Positions 14,031-27,729 of a stretch of DNA of 64,000 bases are shown one piece after another; the stretch's first letter is position 1, and each line of letters starts with the position of its first letter. Under the pieces are notes generated by a model. The model saw only the letters and a program-made list of their open reading frames with translations, was not told the origin of the DNA and did no database searches. This DNA is from the human T2T-CHM13v2.0 reference genome, Homo sapiens: NCBI RefSeq assembly GCF_009914755.1, contig NC_060937.1; one strand, written 5' to 3'. A program made the translations under genes and the position numbers.

Positions 14031-16829
14031 ATCTCTTCCAAGACTTGGGAGCTTTTCAGGAATTATTTCATTACATAAGCTTCCTATTGCTTTCTCTGTT
14101 TCCTCTCCTTCTGAAAATTCTATAATGTGAATATTTGTTCACTTAATGGTATCCCATAAGTTCCGTAGTCTGTCTCCACTCTTTCTCATTCTTTTTTTTT
14201 TTGTTTTTCCTCTGACTGAGTCATTTCAAAAGACCTATCTTCCAGTTCACAAATTCTTTCTTCTACTTGATCCAGTCTGCTGTTGAAGCTATCAAATGAA
14301 TTTTTTATTTCATTGATTGAATTCTTCAGATCCAAAATTTCTGTTTGGTTCTTTTTTGATATCTATCTCTTTTTTGAATTTCTCATTCAGATTATTAATT
14401 GTTTTCCTAATTTCATTCAGTTGTCTATTTGCATTCTCTTATATCTCAGTGAGTTTCCTTAAGATTATTATTTTTAATTATTTTTTAGGTAACTCATAAA
14501 TTTCCAATTCTTTGGGGTCAGTTACCAAATAATTATTATGCCCCTTTGTAGTGTCATGTTTTCTTGCTTTTTCATGTTTCTTGTATTTCCGCATTTATGT
14601 CTGTGCACCTGGTGGTGTACCTCTTCCAAACTTTACAGAGTGGCTTTTGTAGGGGAAGACTTTCACCTGCAGATGGGCCTGAGAGTACTGGTTGAACAGA
14701 ATGTTCACTGATCACTAGTTCACTGTGAGTGTAATGCTATAGTCTCCATGCAGATTCTTCAGCTGTGATCAATGTTAGCCATGACAGCAGGTGCCTTGGT
14801 GGCCTAGGCTGCAGGAGTTTGTGGCAATAATGGTGGCTGCATAGGTTATCAGGGCAAGGGCTTTAGGGAATCCTCTGTTATTGCCTTTCTCAAAGACAAT
14901 ATCAATATCCTCTGTTACTGTCTTACTCAAAGTGGGGAGGCTTAGCTGAGGGTATCTCTCTTAGTATTGGGTCTGACACAGCTCACAGGCAGCCACAGTG
15001 GCCCTGGGATCCAAGACGCAGGTGCTCAGAGGGGCTGTGGAGCTGGGTTCTTGGGCTGAGGGTCTTGAAAACCTATTATAGCACCTGGGATGTGGGGCAC
15101 AGATTCACTCTCCAAGGCACAAGTGAATGCAGTTCTTTCACTAAGCCAGGATCTGTTGCTCTGAGGCACACCCCAGCATCTCAGGCCCAGGGGGATAGAA
15201 TTGTGCTTCTAACCCTTAAGGGCAGGGTATATATAGTACTGACATGGCTCCAGGAAATAAGGGATACTCTGAAGGCTTGGGCCCTGAAGACAGAGCACAG
15301 CTGCAATTCGCAACCTGCAGCCATCAGACACGACAACTTGTGTTCTGGGGTATAAGATATCATGCACTGTTACCTCTGGAACCTGATACAGCAGTATCCC
15401 AGGCTCTGTGAGGCCAGGTATAGCAGAAGGAATGAACTAGGAATGGCAAGATGCCACCATGGCTTGGGTCCTAGGAGGCAGGGAGCAGCACAGTGATGGC
15501 TCCACTCCTTAGAGAGGCAGAGAGCCTCAGCAACTTGGACTACAGGGGGGTAGTCCTGTTCTAGGTAGGTGGAGCTCTGTGGGTATTTGGAGGATAGGGT
15601 GGCACAACTCAGCCAAGGCTCTGATTCCCTGGGACCTGAGGCATTGTGTCTACTTGGCCTTGAAAAGTGCAGCTGCATGGGTCAGTGGAGCCTCTGGATC
15701 CCTGTGGGTAGGTGCGGCATCAGCTGTGGTTCTGGGAGGTGCACCTGCTCTGGTGTACTGGAGACTTAGAGCCCCTGGAGGTAGAACGCCGCTTCACCTG
15801 TGGCATGGGGTGGTGGTGCAAGACAGCTCCAGTGTGTGGAAGGCCTGAGGTCCCTCGGGGGTGGGGTGCTGCCTCAACTGTGGTGCCAGGGCGTATGACT
15901 GCTCTGGTAGTTCGAGGCTCCGGGTCCCCAGTGGTGGAGCACCACTTCCACTTAGCCCTAAGGGGAGGGTGCACCACTGACTAGGATGTGGAGGATGTAG
16001 CAGCTCAATAGCTTGATTTTAGGGAATAAAGTGTAGCAGCAGTTTTGCTTGGGATGGCACCAAGTGGGTATGGTGCACTGGTGGCTGAGCCTGAGGGATG
16101 CAAGAATTCAGTGGCTACCCACCCCCAGAGCAGGACGCACTGTAGTGTGTCTCCAGTTCCAAGATGGCACAGTACAGTAGCAGCTTGGGCCATGGTGGAA
16201 GGGCAGGGAAGGGTGTCAGCTCCTTTTCTGTGGGTAGCTCAGCGTGTGGACTCCAGAGACTTTCTCAATGGGGCTCTGAGCCTGTGAGGACTGCAGGAGT
16301 CTCCAGTAGTGAAAATTGCAGGTGTCTGCTTTGGTGATGGGGGCTGCTGGGGTCCTCTTGCTGACCTTTCCCCTGCAGGAAGGGGTCCCTCTTGGTTTCA
16401 GGCCGATCCCCACTTGTGGGCTGGGGTGGTGGAGGAGAGGTGCCTCCTTTCTTTTGCTATGTGGCCACCATGTGATTCTGTGCTCTGCAGGATTTTTGCT
16501 GCTTCTTTGCTCTTCTCTTGTGCTCTTCTTTAGTTATTTGTTGAAATGGAGTTGTTTATTTATTGTTTTGGATTTTTTTTTTTTGGCTGGAGGGGCTGGT
16601 GGTGGAGAGTAATAGGAGCTTCTAGTCAGCTATCTTGGTGACATTCTGTCCTGAATCCTTTATTCTTTTGAAGTTTTTCATTCATGCATCTAGTATTCAA
16701 CATGTTGAGACCCCACTGTGTGCCAGAGCCACAGTCAGTCACCATATATCTGGAGGGTTTTTCCTTTTTATAATGTAGTACCAACTCTTCCCTTTACTTG
16801 TTTTTACAGGTCTTTGTAAACTCTAAGTG

Positions 16830-17025
16830 AATGCTTCTCAAACTTCTCTGTGAATGTGATTTCCCCAGGTTGCTTATTAAAGATGTAGATTGCTTGTTCT
16901 TTATTCCTAGAGAGTCTGAGTCAGTGGGTCTTGTGTGGAGCCTAGGAATTTGAATTTTTAGCAAATACTCCAGGAGATCCCCATACAAGTGGTCCATGGA
17001 CAAATACCCTTTGAGAATACTACTG
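16830..17025. mobile_element. MER5-type hAT-Charlie MITE
   Basis: 'tgcttctcaaact...ctgagtcagtgggtct...ctttgagaatactactg' with terminal inverted repeats. Confidence 0.7.
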
Positions 17026-17735
17026 TGGGGTTGGAAGTACAGGTGAGGGAGTGGTCCTTACCTTAGCCATATTAGCACATTGCTCTTAACACTGAAGTTG
17101 AGCAGCCCATAGAAAATAAGTGTGTTTGTGGCAGGACCTATAGGGTATGTCCATAGGAATGGAGTATGTGTGCATGGGTTGGAGAGAAGGGGCTGTGGGG
17201 AAAATGAAAGGGACCTCCTTCAGCTGGGATCTGCCTTCCCTGCCTCTCTTTTCCCTGAGGAGTCCTGGGTTCCAATGGTCAGGCTTCACGTTCTTCCTTT
17301 CCTGGCTTTACTTTGCTCGATGCAGCTCACCAGAGTTCAGAATTAAATGGTTTCCTTTCTTAATGGAATTTGATTTTCAGCTTGTGAAAATATAATCAAG
17401 TGGCCTGGCCCTTTGACTGTGGCCTACAGCAGCTACTTACCAGTTTAGACTATCTTGTCAGTGTTAAGATTCGAGCTGTACTTGGAATTCCCAGGAAGAG
17501 TTTTTCTTTGCTTTTCTGAGAAACAATAGTTTTCACGCCCATTATTTCCAGCTTAATTTAAAATGTTTGTTGCTTAGGGAAATGGCCTGTGCTTGTGCTG
17601 GGAGGTCTTTTGCTGAGATCTGAGACTTCTGTGTTTACAGAATGAATATTCTAGCTTGGATGGACAGTTATTTGTATCCCATTCCTATGTTGAAAACCAA
17701 ATGGGAAATAAACCTATGAAGACTAATAGGGGACC

Positions 17736-17752
17736 GCGCCACCTATGGCAAC
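17736..17752 (-). promoter_or_regulatory. candidate CTCF site overlapping an RFX half X-box
   Basis: Minus strand reads GTTGCCATAGGTGGCGC; AGGTGGCGC matches the CTCF core; CpGs retained in CpG-poor DNA. Confidence 0.4.
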
Positions 17753-18754
17753 TCATTTCAGCACATAAATTTGTTTTCTTTTACCTTCAACATAAAAATC
17801 CTTTGTAAATCTCCCTTGGTAGTATCCAAAATCGCATGTCTGATCTTTTATGTACGAATCACTTCTGAAAATATCCCTGCAATTTCAATGCTATCTGGAG
17901 CAGTTACAGTCCATATTCTATGTAAAGGACTAATGGAGAAAGAGGAATAAATATTATGGCAATTATTACTATGAGCTTTTATTTTAAGCTGCAAAGCCCA
18001 AGATTTCTATGGTGATATAAGTACATCAAACTGTATTTTTTCTAGTCACATCTAAACTGGGCAATAGTAGCATATCAATAAACTTCAATTACACTCAAGA
18101 AAATACTAAAAGTGAATCTCCAGTGATGCTCAATAAAGTCTGCAGGCGCATTAGAGTTACATACAGCAGTGACATCCATCTGGTATTTTTCAGTGACTTC
18201 TAGTCAATTACTACATTTCATCCTGTGTAATCCTCTTTTATCTTCAGTTCCTGCTGGTGCAGTAATTCTCACTCTGCTGCATCTATGGCTTTACTGTGAA
18301 TTTTTATTGCCCAGGAGTCAGTGCGTCCCTTCCTGCCCCAGGATGTTGTTGAACTGTATCTGTTGAAGATTTAATCGCAATGTAGAGACACATAGGAAAT
18401 ATATAAAGTGACTGGCAACATCACTAAAAAATGGGCATGCTTTGAAATAAAATGTTGCCTTTCAGTCAAGTATGGATTCCATGAACCTTTGGACCTAGAG
18501 TTTGGAGTGTTGTTTTTAGCAGTGTTGTTTTTAAAGGGTAAAAAAGTAAACAAAAGAAAACAAAAAGAAGCAAAATCAATCGTGTCTGATGGTGATCTTT
18601 CGGAAAGGAGCTTTTGTACACATTTTATATACATGCTACATTTGTGTAAGTGTTTTATGTGTATATGAAAATGTACATGTGTATAAGTGGTATATATTGT
18701 AATTTGTATTCATGTTATAAAATATATTTTATATTTTGGAAAGCCGAATGTATT

Positions 18755-19400
18755 TTTTAAAAATCCAGGCTTTACTTTTTGGAGCAGTTGTAGGTTCACA
18801 GCAAAATTGAGAGGAAGATACAGAGATTTCCCATGTACCCCCTGCAAATTATCTCCCACTGCCAACGCCCCCCACCACATATTCTATTTGTTGTAATCAA
18901 TGAACCTACATTGACACATCATTATCACCCAAATTCATAGTTTACATTAGGGCTCACTCTTGGAATTGTACATTTTCTGGGTTTTGACAAATGTGTAATG
19001 GCATGAATCCACCTTAACCTACCTTTCTGGTAGCATATAGAACAGTTTCTCTGCCCTAAGGTCCTCTGTGCTTCACCTGTTCATCTCTCCATCCCCGCAC
19101 TTCTGACGACCACTGATCTTTTTCTGTCTCCATATTTTTTGAGGACATGATATAGTTGGAATCACAACGTGTGTGGCTTTTACAGATTGGCTTCTTTTAC
19201 TCAGTAATATGCATTTAAGATTCTTCCATGTTTTTTCATGGCTTGATAATAGCTGTATTTTTTTTTTTTGAGTCAGAGTCTCGCTTTATCGCCCAGGCTA
19301 GAGTGCAGTGGCACGATGTCAGCTCACTGCAAGCTGATAATAGCTGTATTTTTAAAAGAATTAATGAGTAATAAAACAGAATGTATTCATTGTTTAGTTT
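18755..19400 (-). mobile_element. L1MC1/2-like 3' end
   Basis: 'gagcagttgtaggttcacagcaaaattgagaggaagatacagagatttccc...gaacctacattgacacatcattatcacccaaa'. Confidence 0.85.
19261..19335 (-). mobile_element. severely 5'-truncated AluY-like insertion
   Basis: About 65 nt of the Alu 3' end ending 'cactgcaagct'; perfect TSD gataatagctgtattt (19245-19260 / 19336-19351). Confidence 0.9.
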
Positions 19401-19404
19401 TTGA

Positions 19405-19731
<327 letters not shown>

Positions 19732-22157
19732 TAATAAAATAGAGAGCGAGAAATGGAAGAAAATTGTGAGGCAGTCTTTATGTGCCTCTATCCTTCTTAT
19801 TCCTTTGCCTTCAACATAAAAATAATTTGTAAGTTTACTTTTCCTCTCTCGTTTCCTTTAGTTTGCACCATTTTTGTTCTCTACTCTCATGCTACTCCTC
19901 CTCAACCCCCATGAAAGCCCTTTCTAATTGTACCTGGAAGATGTTTATTAATTCAATCATTTGGTCAGTCAGGCAAGGTGGCCTGCTAGAAAGTAGGGAG
20001 GGAGGGTGAAGAAGTTTCAGAGGGACCGTCTCACCACGCACTGTTTTCTGTCCTCACCATGTGTAAACATTCTTTTGATGTAAACACCACACAGCAGGCT
20101 TGGCTTGATTTGCCTTATTGCTAAATCTTCCTGGGCCCCTGAAGTTCCAGCTGCCAGATATTTACTCATAAAACCTTAAATCCCAAGAAGGGTGATGAGA
20201 TTGGCCAGCTCTCCTACAATGACAAGAATAAAGAGAAATTGTTTTGGTTCCATCGATGGCTCCCGTTGCTCAAGCTACAGTAAGTAAGGGAATGTGCTGC
20301 TCCTCCCAGGCTGCTGAGTGGGAGAGCACCCCAGGGCTGATTGGGAGAGCTCCTGGGTGCTCCTGTCCCCCAAGGCCGGTGTGCAGGCCCTGAATTATGG
20401 GCCTCTGCTGCCTCTTCTACAGACTTGGCTCTGGCTGCTGCCGCCTGGGGAAGTAGTTGCTCTGAAGCACTCTCCCTGATGGCACCGAGGTTTTCACATC
20501 CTCAGGGTTCATGCTGTGGCTTCCTCTTCTCCGTCCTGAATGAGACAGCGTTATGCCACCCTCGACGTCTGGGCAGTCCAGCTGCTGTAATGAACAGCCC
20601 CAGAGTCTCAGAATCTTAACACCTTGCGCATGACAGGGTCCAATGCAGGGTGGCAGTGAAACTCTGCTCCACACAGAACTTCAGGGATCTAGGTTCCTTA
20701 GATGTAGTGGCTCTGCCATGTCTTAGGCCCTTGGACCCCTTTGGCCAATCACTGTACTCACCTGATGAGGAAAGTGGGAGTATGGAGGATTCTGTGGGAG
20801 GTTTTATTGGCTGGGCTAGAAGTGGCAAACATCCCTTCCACCTAGGGTGACCAACTTTTAGAAAAGTCTGTGGTCTTTTTTCTGTATGAGTTTTTGTTAC
20901 AACCTACACATTGCACCAAACAACTCAGGTATGGTTAGTTCATCTCTTTCTAAGCTCTTATGGCCTCTTCAAAGGTCATCACACAATTTTGGAGAAATAG
21001 CACATAAATGTCTGTATTATTATAATCTTTTTCCCTATTCTTATCCTTGATGTATTTCCAAATTAGACAAGGGCATTCTTCTTGTTCCACTCTTTGAAAG
21101 TAAGATTTTACGGAAAGCCAACATTTTAACATCTTTTTTTATGGTGGACCACAATTACAGTTATCTTTTAGGACATGTTTTAGGAAGCAATCTCTTTTCA
21201 CTTTTCCACAAAGCAAAAAGTCTCATGAAGTGTTTTTGCACATTTTGAGTAAATTGTAAAGTGGCCAAAAACTTTGATTAGGAAAGCCTCAGTATCCCAG
21301 GTAAGCAAATCATACCTCTTTCCAGCAGTGTCATGGACAAAGGATGTAGGACATTTAGAAATCAGATCTTTTTATTTTCTTTGGTAAGAAGTTTACAGAC
21401 TGGATGGAATTTTCCCAAATTTACATTTGCATTGTCTCCTGAATGTGCAGACAGATGAGTAAAGCCTAGTTTGTATTTGGACACGATATATCAACAATCT
21501 TCTGTTTTGTATTTCCCATGGTTTCCTTAACATCTTCAAAGAAATCAAGAAGTGGATTTGAAACTCCATTTTTTCACATCAAAGTATCTAAGATCCAAGA
21601 GGACATTTTTATGTTGCTGTGATTCTATACATCACTTGGTTTACTGTAGAAAATATGATCACTAGTAAGATCTGACAGAATCAGCCCCATACTCAGAGAG
21701 GCTAACACATCTGTTATCAAAATTTTCCTCCTTGTTCATCCGTGAAACAGTCTAGTTGCAACTCTGAATCAGAAAGTTTGGCTTTATTCAGTTCTATAAA
21801 GCAATCAAGGGAACCATGCAATGATTTGTGTTCATTCCTGTGTTATGCTCTAATTTAGAGCATTAGCACTAATTAGCACACTAGCTAATTTAGCGGCTAC
21901 AGTTTTTGATAGGGCATTGGTGTCTTTTGGTGAGAAAAGACAACTTTTGATTGATTTAGATATACCTGCCTCTGTCCTTCTGAACTTGTGAGATTCCATC
22001 TCCAAATACGCTTTCATGTTCTCTTCTCCACCAGGTCCGATCCCAAATCCTTTTCTACAGATTGTGCATTGTTATCTCTTTTGATTATTTACCTGCTAAT
22101 TCAGTTCTATGTGTCCTTCCAGCTGGAATTAAAGTAACAGTCATTTAGCCTTCTTTT

Positions 22158-22499
22158 TTTGTTTATTATTATTATTATACTTTAAGTTCTAGGGTACATG
22201 TGCATAATGTGCAGGTTTGTTACATATGTATACATGTGCCATGTTGGTGTACTGCACCCATTAACTCGTCATTTAGCATTAGGTATATCTCCTAATGCTA
22301 TCCCTCCCCCCTCCCCCCACCCCACAGCAGTCCCCAGCGTGTGATGTTCCCCTTCCTGTGTCCATGTGTTCTCGTTGTTCAATTCCCACCTATGAGTGAG
22401 AACACGCGGTGTTTGGTTTTTTGTCCTTGCGATAGTTTGCTGAGAATGATGATTTCATGTCCTTTGTAGGGACATGGATGAAACTGGAAATCATCATTC
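22158..22499 (-). mobile_element. young L1PA (PA3-like) 3' fragment with 5' inversion
   Basis: Canonical 'tatactttaagttctagggtacatgtgca...' 3'UTR; inverted piece ~22454-22500; TSD ttagccttctttt (22145-22157 / 22500-22512). Confidence 0.93.
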
Positions 22500-23379
22500 T
22501 TAGCCTTCTTTTCAGTGATGTCTGGGTCATGCTGGTGTTGATATTGTATTCATTCTCATTTTCATTATCTGAACTCTTAGAAAACATGCACAACAATGGG
22601 ACTAGTTAATTCTAGTCCTAATCACAACATTCACACTGTTAAATAGTAAAATAGCACCATCTTGACTCAAGGCACAATAGGTAATTCACAGGCAAAGTAG
22701 GTCTGTGAAGGTTCACAATTACAATGCACTTAAATTGCAAACTTGAGTCATGTCACTCAAAATGATGTAAAGATGAATGACTCATTACTGTGAACCAAAA
22801 ATGAGGTTGTCAGATCAGTGGTTGGGGGAAAAAACAGTGATGACAGCTATGGAAGGCTGATAATCTTTGCCATATCTTTTTGCCACTAAAAACAGCGTTG
22901 CTTCCAGCTTCTATTTTTTGAAGAACTCAATGTATAGTCACCACCCTGGTTTGCCCAAGAAGTTCAAACCCTATCCATTGGGAGTTTGTACTTCTCGTCC
23001 CAAACTTCTGCATTCATTGCCAAAAATCTGGACTCTTTGTGTCATGAAGAGGGATTTTTTGGAAATCAGACTTTCAGCACTAAAAAGGGAAATTCCTGGG
23101 CAAACCAAAGTGGTGACTCACTCTACTAGCCACTTATATTGTGATAGCCAAATATGGTCACATGAATCCAACCACAACTGAATTTATGACTAGTCGAGTG
23201 CTCAGGAAAAGAGCAAATGTGTTTACTAAGTACCTCATAAGACTGCTTTATCTGCCTTTTTGCTTAGCTAATTCCTATTTATTTTTCAAATTTTATTTCA
23301 TATGTAACCTCTACTGAGAATCCAAACTTGCACAGTCAAATCCTTCTCATCCCATGAGTTTTTCTATCATAATGCAAAT

Positions 23380-23502
23380 CCTTCCCTTTCCTCGTCTTTT
23401 CCTCCCATATCTCTCCATCTCCTGCCTTCCTCCTCTCCTTCCCTCTCCCTTCCTCCTTTTTCCTTTCTTTCTTCCCTCATTCTTTCCTTCCTCCTTTCTT
23501 TC
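23380..23502. repeat. CT-rich polypyrimidine low-complexity tract
   Basis: About 120 nt almost purely C/T. Confidence 0.85.
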
Positions 23503-23545
23503 CAAAACTATGTATCGTACCTCAACTGTGGGCCAGATTCACTGC

Positions 23546-23722
23546 TAGGTAAGTCTATGTTTACCTTCATAGGAAACTGACAAATTGTCTTCCCAAATGT
23601 CTGTGCCATTTTAAATTTCCACTAGCAATGAGTGAGAGTTCCTGTTGCTCCACATCCTCTCCAGCATTTGATGCTGTCAGATTTTCGGATGTGAGCCTTT
23701 CTACTAGATGTATACTAATATC
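23546..23722 (-). mobile_element. old L1M fragment
   Basis: 'ccactagcaatgagtgagagttcctgttgctccacatcctctccagcattt'. Confidence 0.75.
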
Positions 23723-23874
23723 TTCAAAGTTCTAGTCTAGCATAGGGCATGCTATTGTTGGAATAAATCAATGAATAATGAAATGGGACAAAAAAGAGTA
23801 TTTTACTACTTATTCTTCGAGGTTCCTCTGTTACTGAAGCAGGCTGCATTTGGACAGGAATTACAATTAGAAAG

Positions 23875-24150
23875 GGATTGCAAGCTTAAATGCTTACAAA
23901 GGGAAACAGAGTGAGTGTAAGGGCAGGAGAGAATGGGAGGAACTGTGGCAATTTGGAGACCCCAAGATAATCAGTGAACCCAGTTTTGCCAGATTTTCCA
24001 AATTTTGAGGTTGAGCCATAAAAGCAGATTTATGGGAAATCTCCCAATTTGTCAATGTTAGTAATCAACTAAAAATTATGAAACACTGTGTGGGATAGAC
24101 AATACCTGTTTGTAACTAGATTGGAATGGTGAGTTATTGGTTTTTAATCT
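23875..24150. mobile_element. MER102-like hAT element
   Basis: 'aaatgcttaca...ttttgccagattttcc...tgggaaatctcccaattt...aacactgtgtggg'. Confidence 0.5.
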
Positions 24151-26149
24151 GTACGTTTTTTAATCTCTTATGCCGTAGCATTCAAGCAATGCATCCTCTG
24201 TAGCTTAAGAGTTTAGTTATTATCTGGCTATTATTTCTTATTGGACATTATTTTGATTATTTAAGATAATAAAAATGAGTTTGGGATATTGGGGTTAGAA
24301 CCGATGAGAAGAGGAAAATCAATGTGAAGATTTCTGTGTTAGAGGAGAAGCTAGAAAATGTGGCTTTATGGCCCTTTAAAAGCTTACTTCAGGGAACTAC
24401 AGTAGTTAATGGTTGATTATTGGAAACTTTGTAAGTGTGAGAACCCTGAGTTAGGAAGTGACCTGGATCAATCAGCTTCATCTTGGACTGTGGATGTTTA
24501 ATTTAAGCCACTGCCTTAGGAATTTTGAGAATCTTTCTTTTTCCGTAGTGGGGTTTTATGAGGAAAAAGAATTGGACAGGCCACCAAAGTGGGACCGGCC
24601 ATTTTAATGGCCATTTTTGTTTGTTGTCTTCCTAAACTTTTTTCCTCCTCATGATGTATCAAATGTGTTCATAATTTATGGGGAGAGAAGAAATTATGTA
24701 TCATATGCAATTATCTGGTAAATATTTATGAATTCTCTGCTTTTTAATATGAGGGTGTGAAAATAACTTAAGTCCTGATTGCAAATTAGCAGTTACATAA
24801 GCCTGGAGAAGACAGCAAGAAACTCACGGTTCTAAAAAAACAGGTCTTTGTTTCTACACAGAAATGTTCCTGTTAAATTGTCTCTCCTTTTTTGACATGG
24901 TTGATTCCTCTGTTTCATTACTTTTCTAATAAACCCCAAAGCTGTGCTGCAGCAGAACCAAGATATGCTCTAACTGGGAATGACATGATACATGATACAA
25001 CACGATACAAAATGCATAGTAAATAAATAAATAGTTCTGTGTACCACATGGAATGGACAACCAGTGAGAAAAACACCCCTTTCTAATATTACTTGAATTA
25101 AAAGGCTTCCCAGGCTGGTGAGCTGAGTTAGTGAGGGCCCCCTGAAGAGGCCATGTTCTGACTTTCCCAAGGGCCAGTTAATTTGGCTGAGTTCAGTAAT
25201 CACTGCTTGTGTCTCTGGCTCTGCAAAGTCATTTGGAGAACATGTCTTCTTCATCATTAAAGAAACCAAATATCTGAACACTTGGGCATTGCTACTTCTG
25301 GCCAATCCACTTAAGAGTGCAAACCCTATTGATGTCTTTGGTCAATACTGTTATCTCCATACCCAAAGAAAACAGTCTATGGAGAGAACCCCACTTATCT
25401 GTGTGATAATGGCCTCCCTTGACCTTTAGAGCCTCAGCTTCCTTCTCAGGTGGTTAGCAGTTAGAATTTAGGGATGTCATGTCTGTCTGTGAAAAACTCT
25501 CAAAATGCGAAGGGCTGTACAAATCCCAGACAGCATGGTTGCCTATGGTTTTCACCTTATGGAAGATAATCTCTTGTCATGACAATAGCTTTAAATGGAA
25601 AATCTGCATTCTAGCTATTTCAGGAAGTGAGATTTTGGTCTCATTTGGGCTCAATAATATAAACAAGTGGAGGTGTTCAAAAGCTCCCTTTTAACAGAAA
25701 TCTGTGTTTCTCTACTAATTATCCATTCCATAGTTGTTCAGATACAAGGCCCCAAGACAGCCGTGGTGGAGCCCCTGGCTCACTTTTGGGACTGTCCAAT
25801 TGGCCCCACTCCAACACGCAAGCTGCACCTTCTGAGGCCTTTTCTACTGTGCTTCCAGCTAAAATTTGATTTAAAGAAAAAGCTTTGTTATTACAAAATT
25901 GTGTTTAGAAACCATTGAGAACATTCCAAACTATACCATGAAAATGCAGTGAGCAACAACCAGACTTCAGGAAACCCTACAGGATAAGTGGTCTGGTCAC
26001 TTTGGCAGATATATTCCAAGGGGAAAAAGGGATGTCCCCATGTATTCTACCTGCTCTCCATCAATGCTTTCCTCTCTCTTCTGCAGAAATCAGTTATTTC
26101 CTCTCAAATGAATCTGTGCCATAACATACGGGCATGTTATTATTTTTCC

Positions 26150-27715
26150 TATCTTAAAAAAAATATTTCACCTGACTTGACTGAGGCTACCAAGGGCATC
26201 TCTTCTTTGCAACAAAACTCTTTCAAAGTATCATCTATAATTGCTACCAATTCCTCTCCTCTCCTTCTCTCTAGAAAATACTCCAAACAGGTTTTTGCCT
26301 CCATTGAAACTGTTCCTAGAAAAATCTAGTGGTTAATCTCCGAGCTCATTGTACTTGACCTATCAACAGAAATTGACATTCTTTCCTGGAAACACTGTTT
26401 GTCCCTGGCTTCCTGAACACATCTCAGCTGATTTTCCTGCAATCATTCTCACTTTTTTTCTCTCTCATTCTTTTAATTTTTTTCCTGGTTTCTCTTCCTC
26501 TTCTTGGCCTCTTACATGGTCTCTGCCCCAAGACTCAATTCTTGGAACTCTTCTCTTTGCCATCTAGTCTGCTTGCCCAGGAGAGTTCATCAAAGTTCCT
26601 GTCTAAATATTATCCCTATGTCGAGGACTCTGCCTCCCATCGATTGCAGTCCTTTCTCTATAACTGCACACTCTGTCTCACTGGGATGTGTAGTGGATAT
26701 CTCAAATTTGAACATGACCTGCACGTGGCCCCCACATTTCCCACCCTGTCCTGCAGGAACCAGTTTCTGCTCTCGTGAATGGCACATCTGGTCCTCCGTG
26801 TTGCAGATTAAACACCTGCTGTTAACTTCATCTCCTCTCTTACGCTAACACCAATAATCTGGTTTTTAGCAAACCTTACTTTTGGCTCTACCTCCAAAAT
26901 ATATGCAGAATGTGGCCACTTCCCCACTCCTTGCAGCCACTCTGATCCAAGCCACCATTGGATTTGACTGGATTTTTCTAACAGCCTTTGCTTCTGCCGG
27001 TGCTTTCTATCATTGGATTCTCACCTCCACAGCCAGACTGAACCTGCTTAAACCCAGGTCAGGTTGCTTCTTTCCCCGATCAAAATCCTCCAGTGATTCC
27101 CAACCTAGTGCAAAACTAAGCTTCTCGGCTGGGTGCAGTGGCTCACACCTGTTGTCCCAGCACGGCCGAGGTGGGCAGATCAGAAGGACAAAAGATCGAG
27201 ACCAGCCTGGCCAACATGGCGAAACCCCGTCTCTACTAAAAATACAAAAATTAGTTGGGTGTGGTGGCACGTGGCTGTAATCCCAGCTACTCAGGAGGCT
27301 GAGGCAGGAGAATCGCTTGAACCAGGGAGTCAGAGGTTGCAGTGAGCTGAGATTGCACCACTGCACTCCAGCCTGGCGACAGAGTGAGACTCTGTCTCAA
27401 AAACAAAAACAAAATAAAACAACAACAACAACAACACGCTAAGCTTCTCACTTTGACCCACACGGCCCTGGCAACATACTTTACTTCCCTGATGTCATCT
27501 CCCATGACATTCCATCTTGCTCAGTGGCTCCAGACATTTGCCTCCTGGCTCTTCTGCAAATATCTGCAGGTGAGCTTTACTTTCCTTAGTGCCTTGCTTC
27601 TCCTACCAGCATGTAAATTCCATGAGCTTATTGTTCCTACTCTGTGGAACCCCTGTTCCCAGGACAATGCTTCACACAGGGTGTGCAGGCATTGAATATT
27701 TGTTGAATGAACAAA
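26150..27715 (+). mobile_element. L2 LINE, interrupted by an Alu
   Basis: 'atctcaaatttgaacatg', 'ctctacctccaaaatatatgcagaat', 3' end 'tgaatatttgttgaatgaac'. Confidence 0.75.
27127..27437 (+). mobile_element. AluS (Sc-like)
   Basis: 'cttgaaccagggagtcagagg', 'cagcctggcgacagag'; TSD ctaagcttctc; small left-arm deletion. Confidence 0.92.
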
Positions 27716-27729
27716 TAATTTTCAGTGTT

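Noticed and set aside
15065-16612. Cluster of ORFs in GC-rich sequence
   Set aside because: Lies in the L1 5'UTR; GC richness reduces stop-codon frequency.
20300-20850. GC-richer block with several ORFs, considered as a possible processed pseudogene
   Set aside because: No recognisable protein, poly(A) tail or TSD.
22300-22325. G-quadruplex-forming tract on the minus strand
   Set aside because: A standard feature of the L1PA 3'UTR, not locus-specific.
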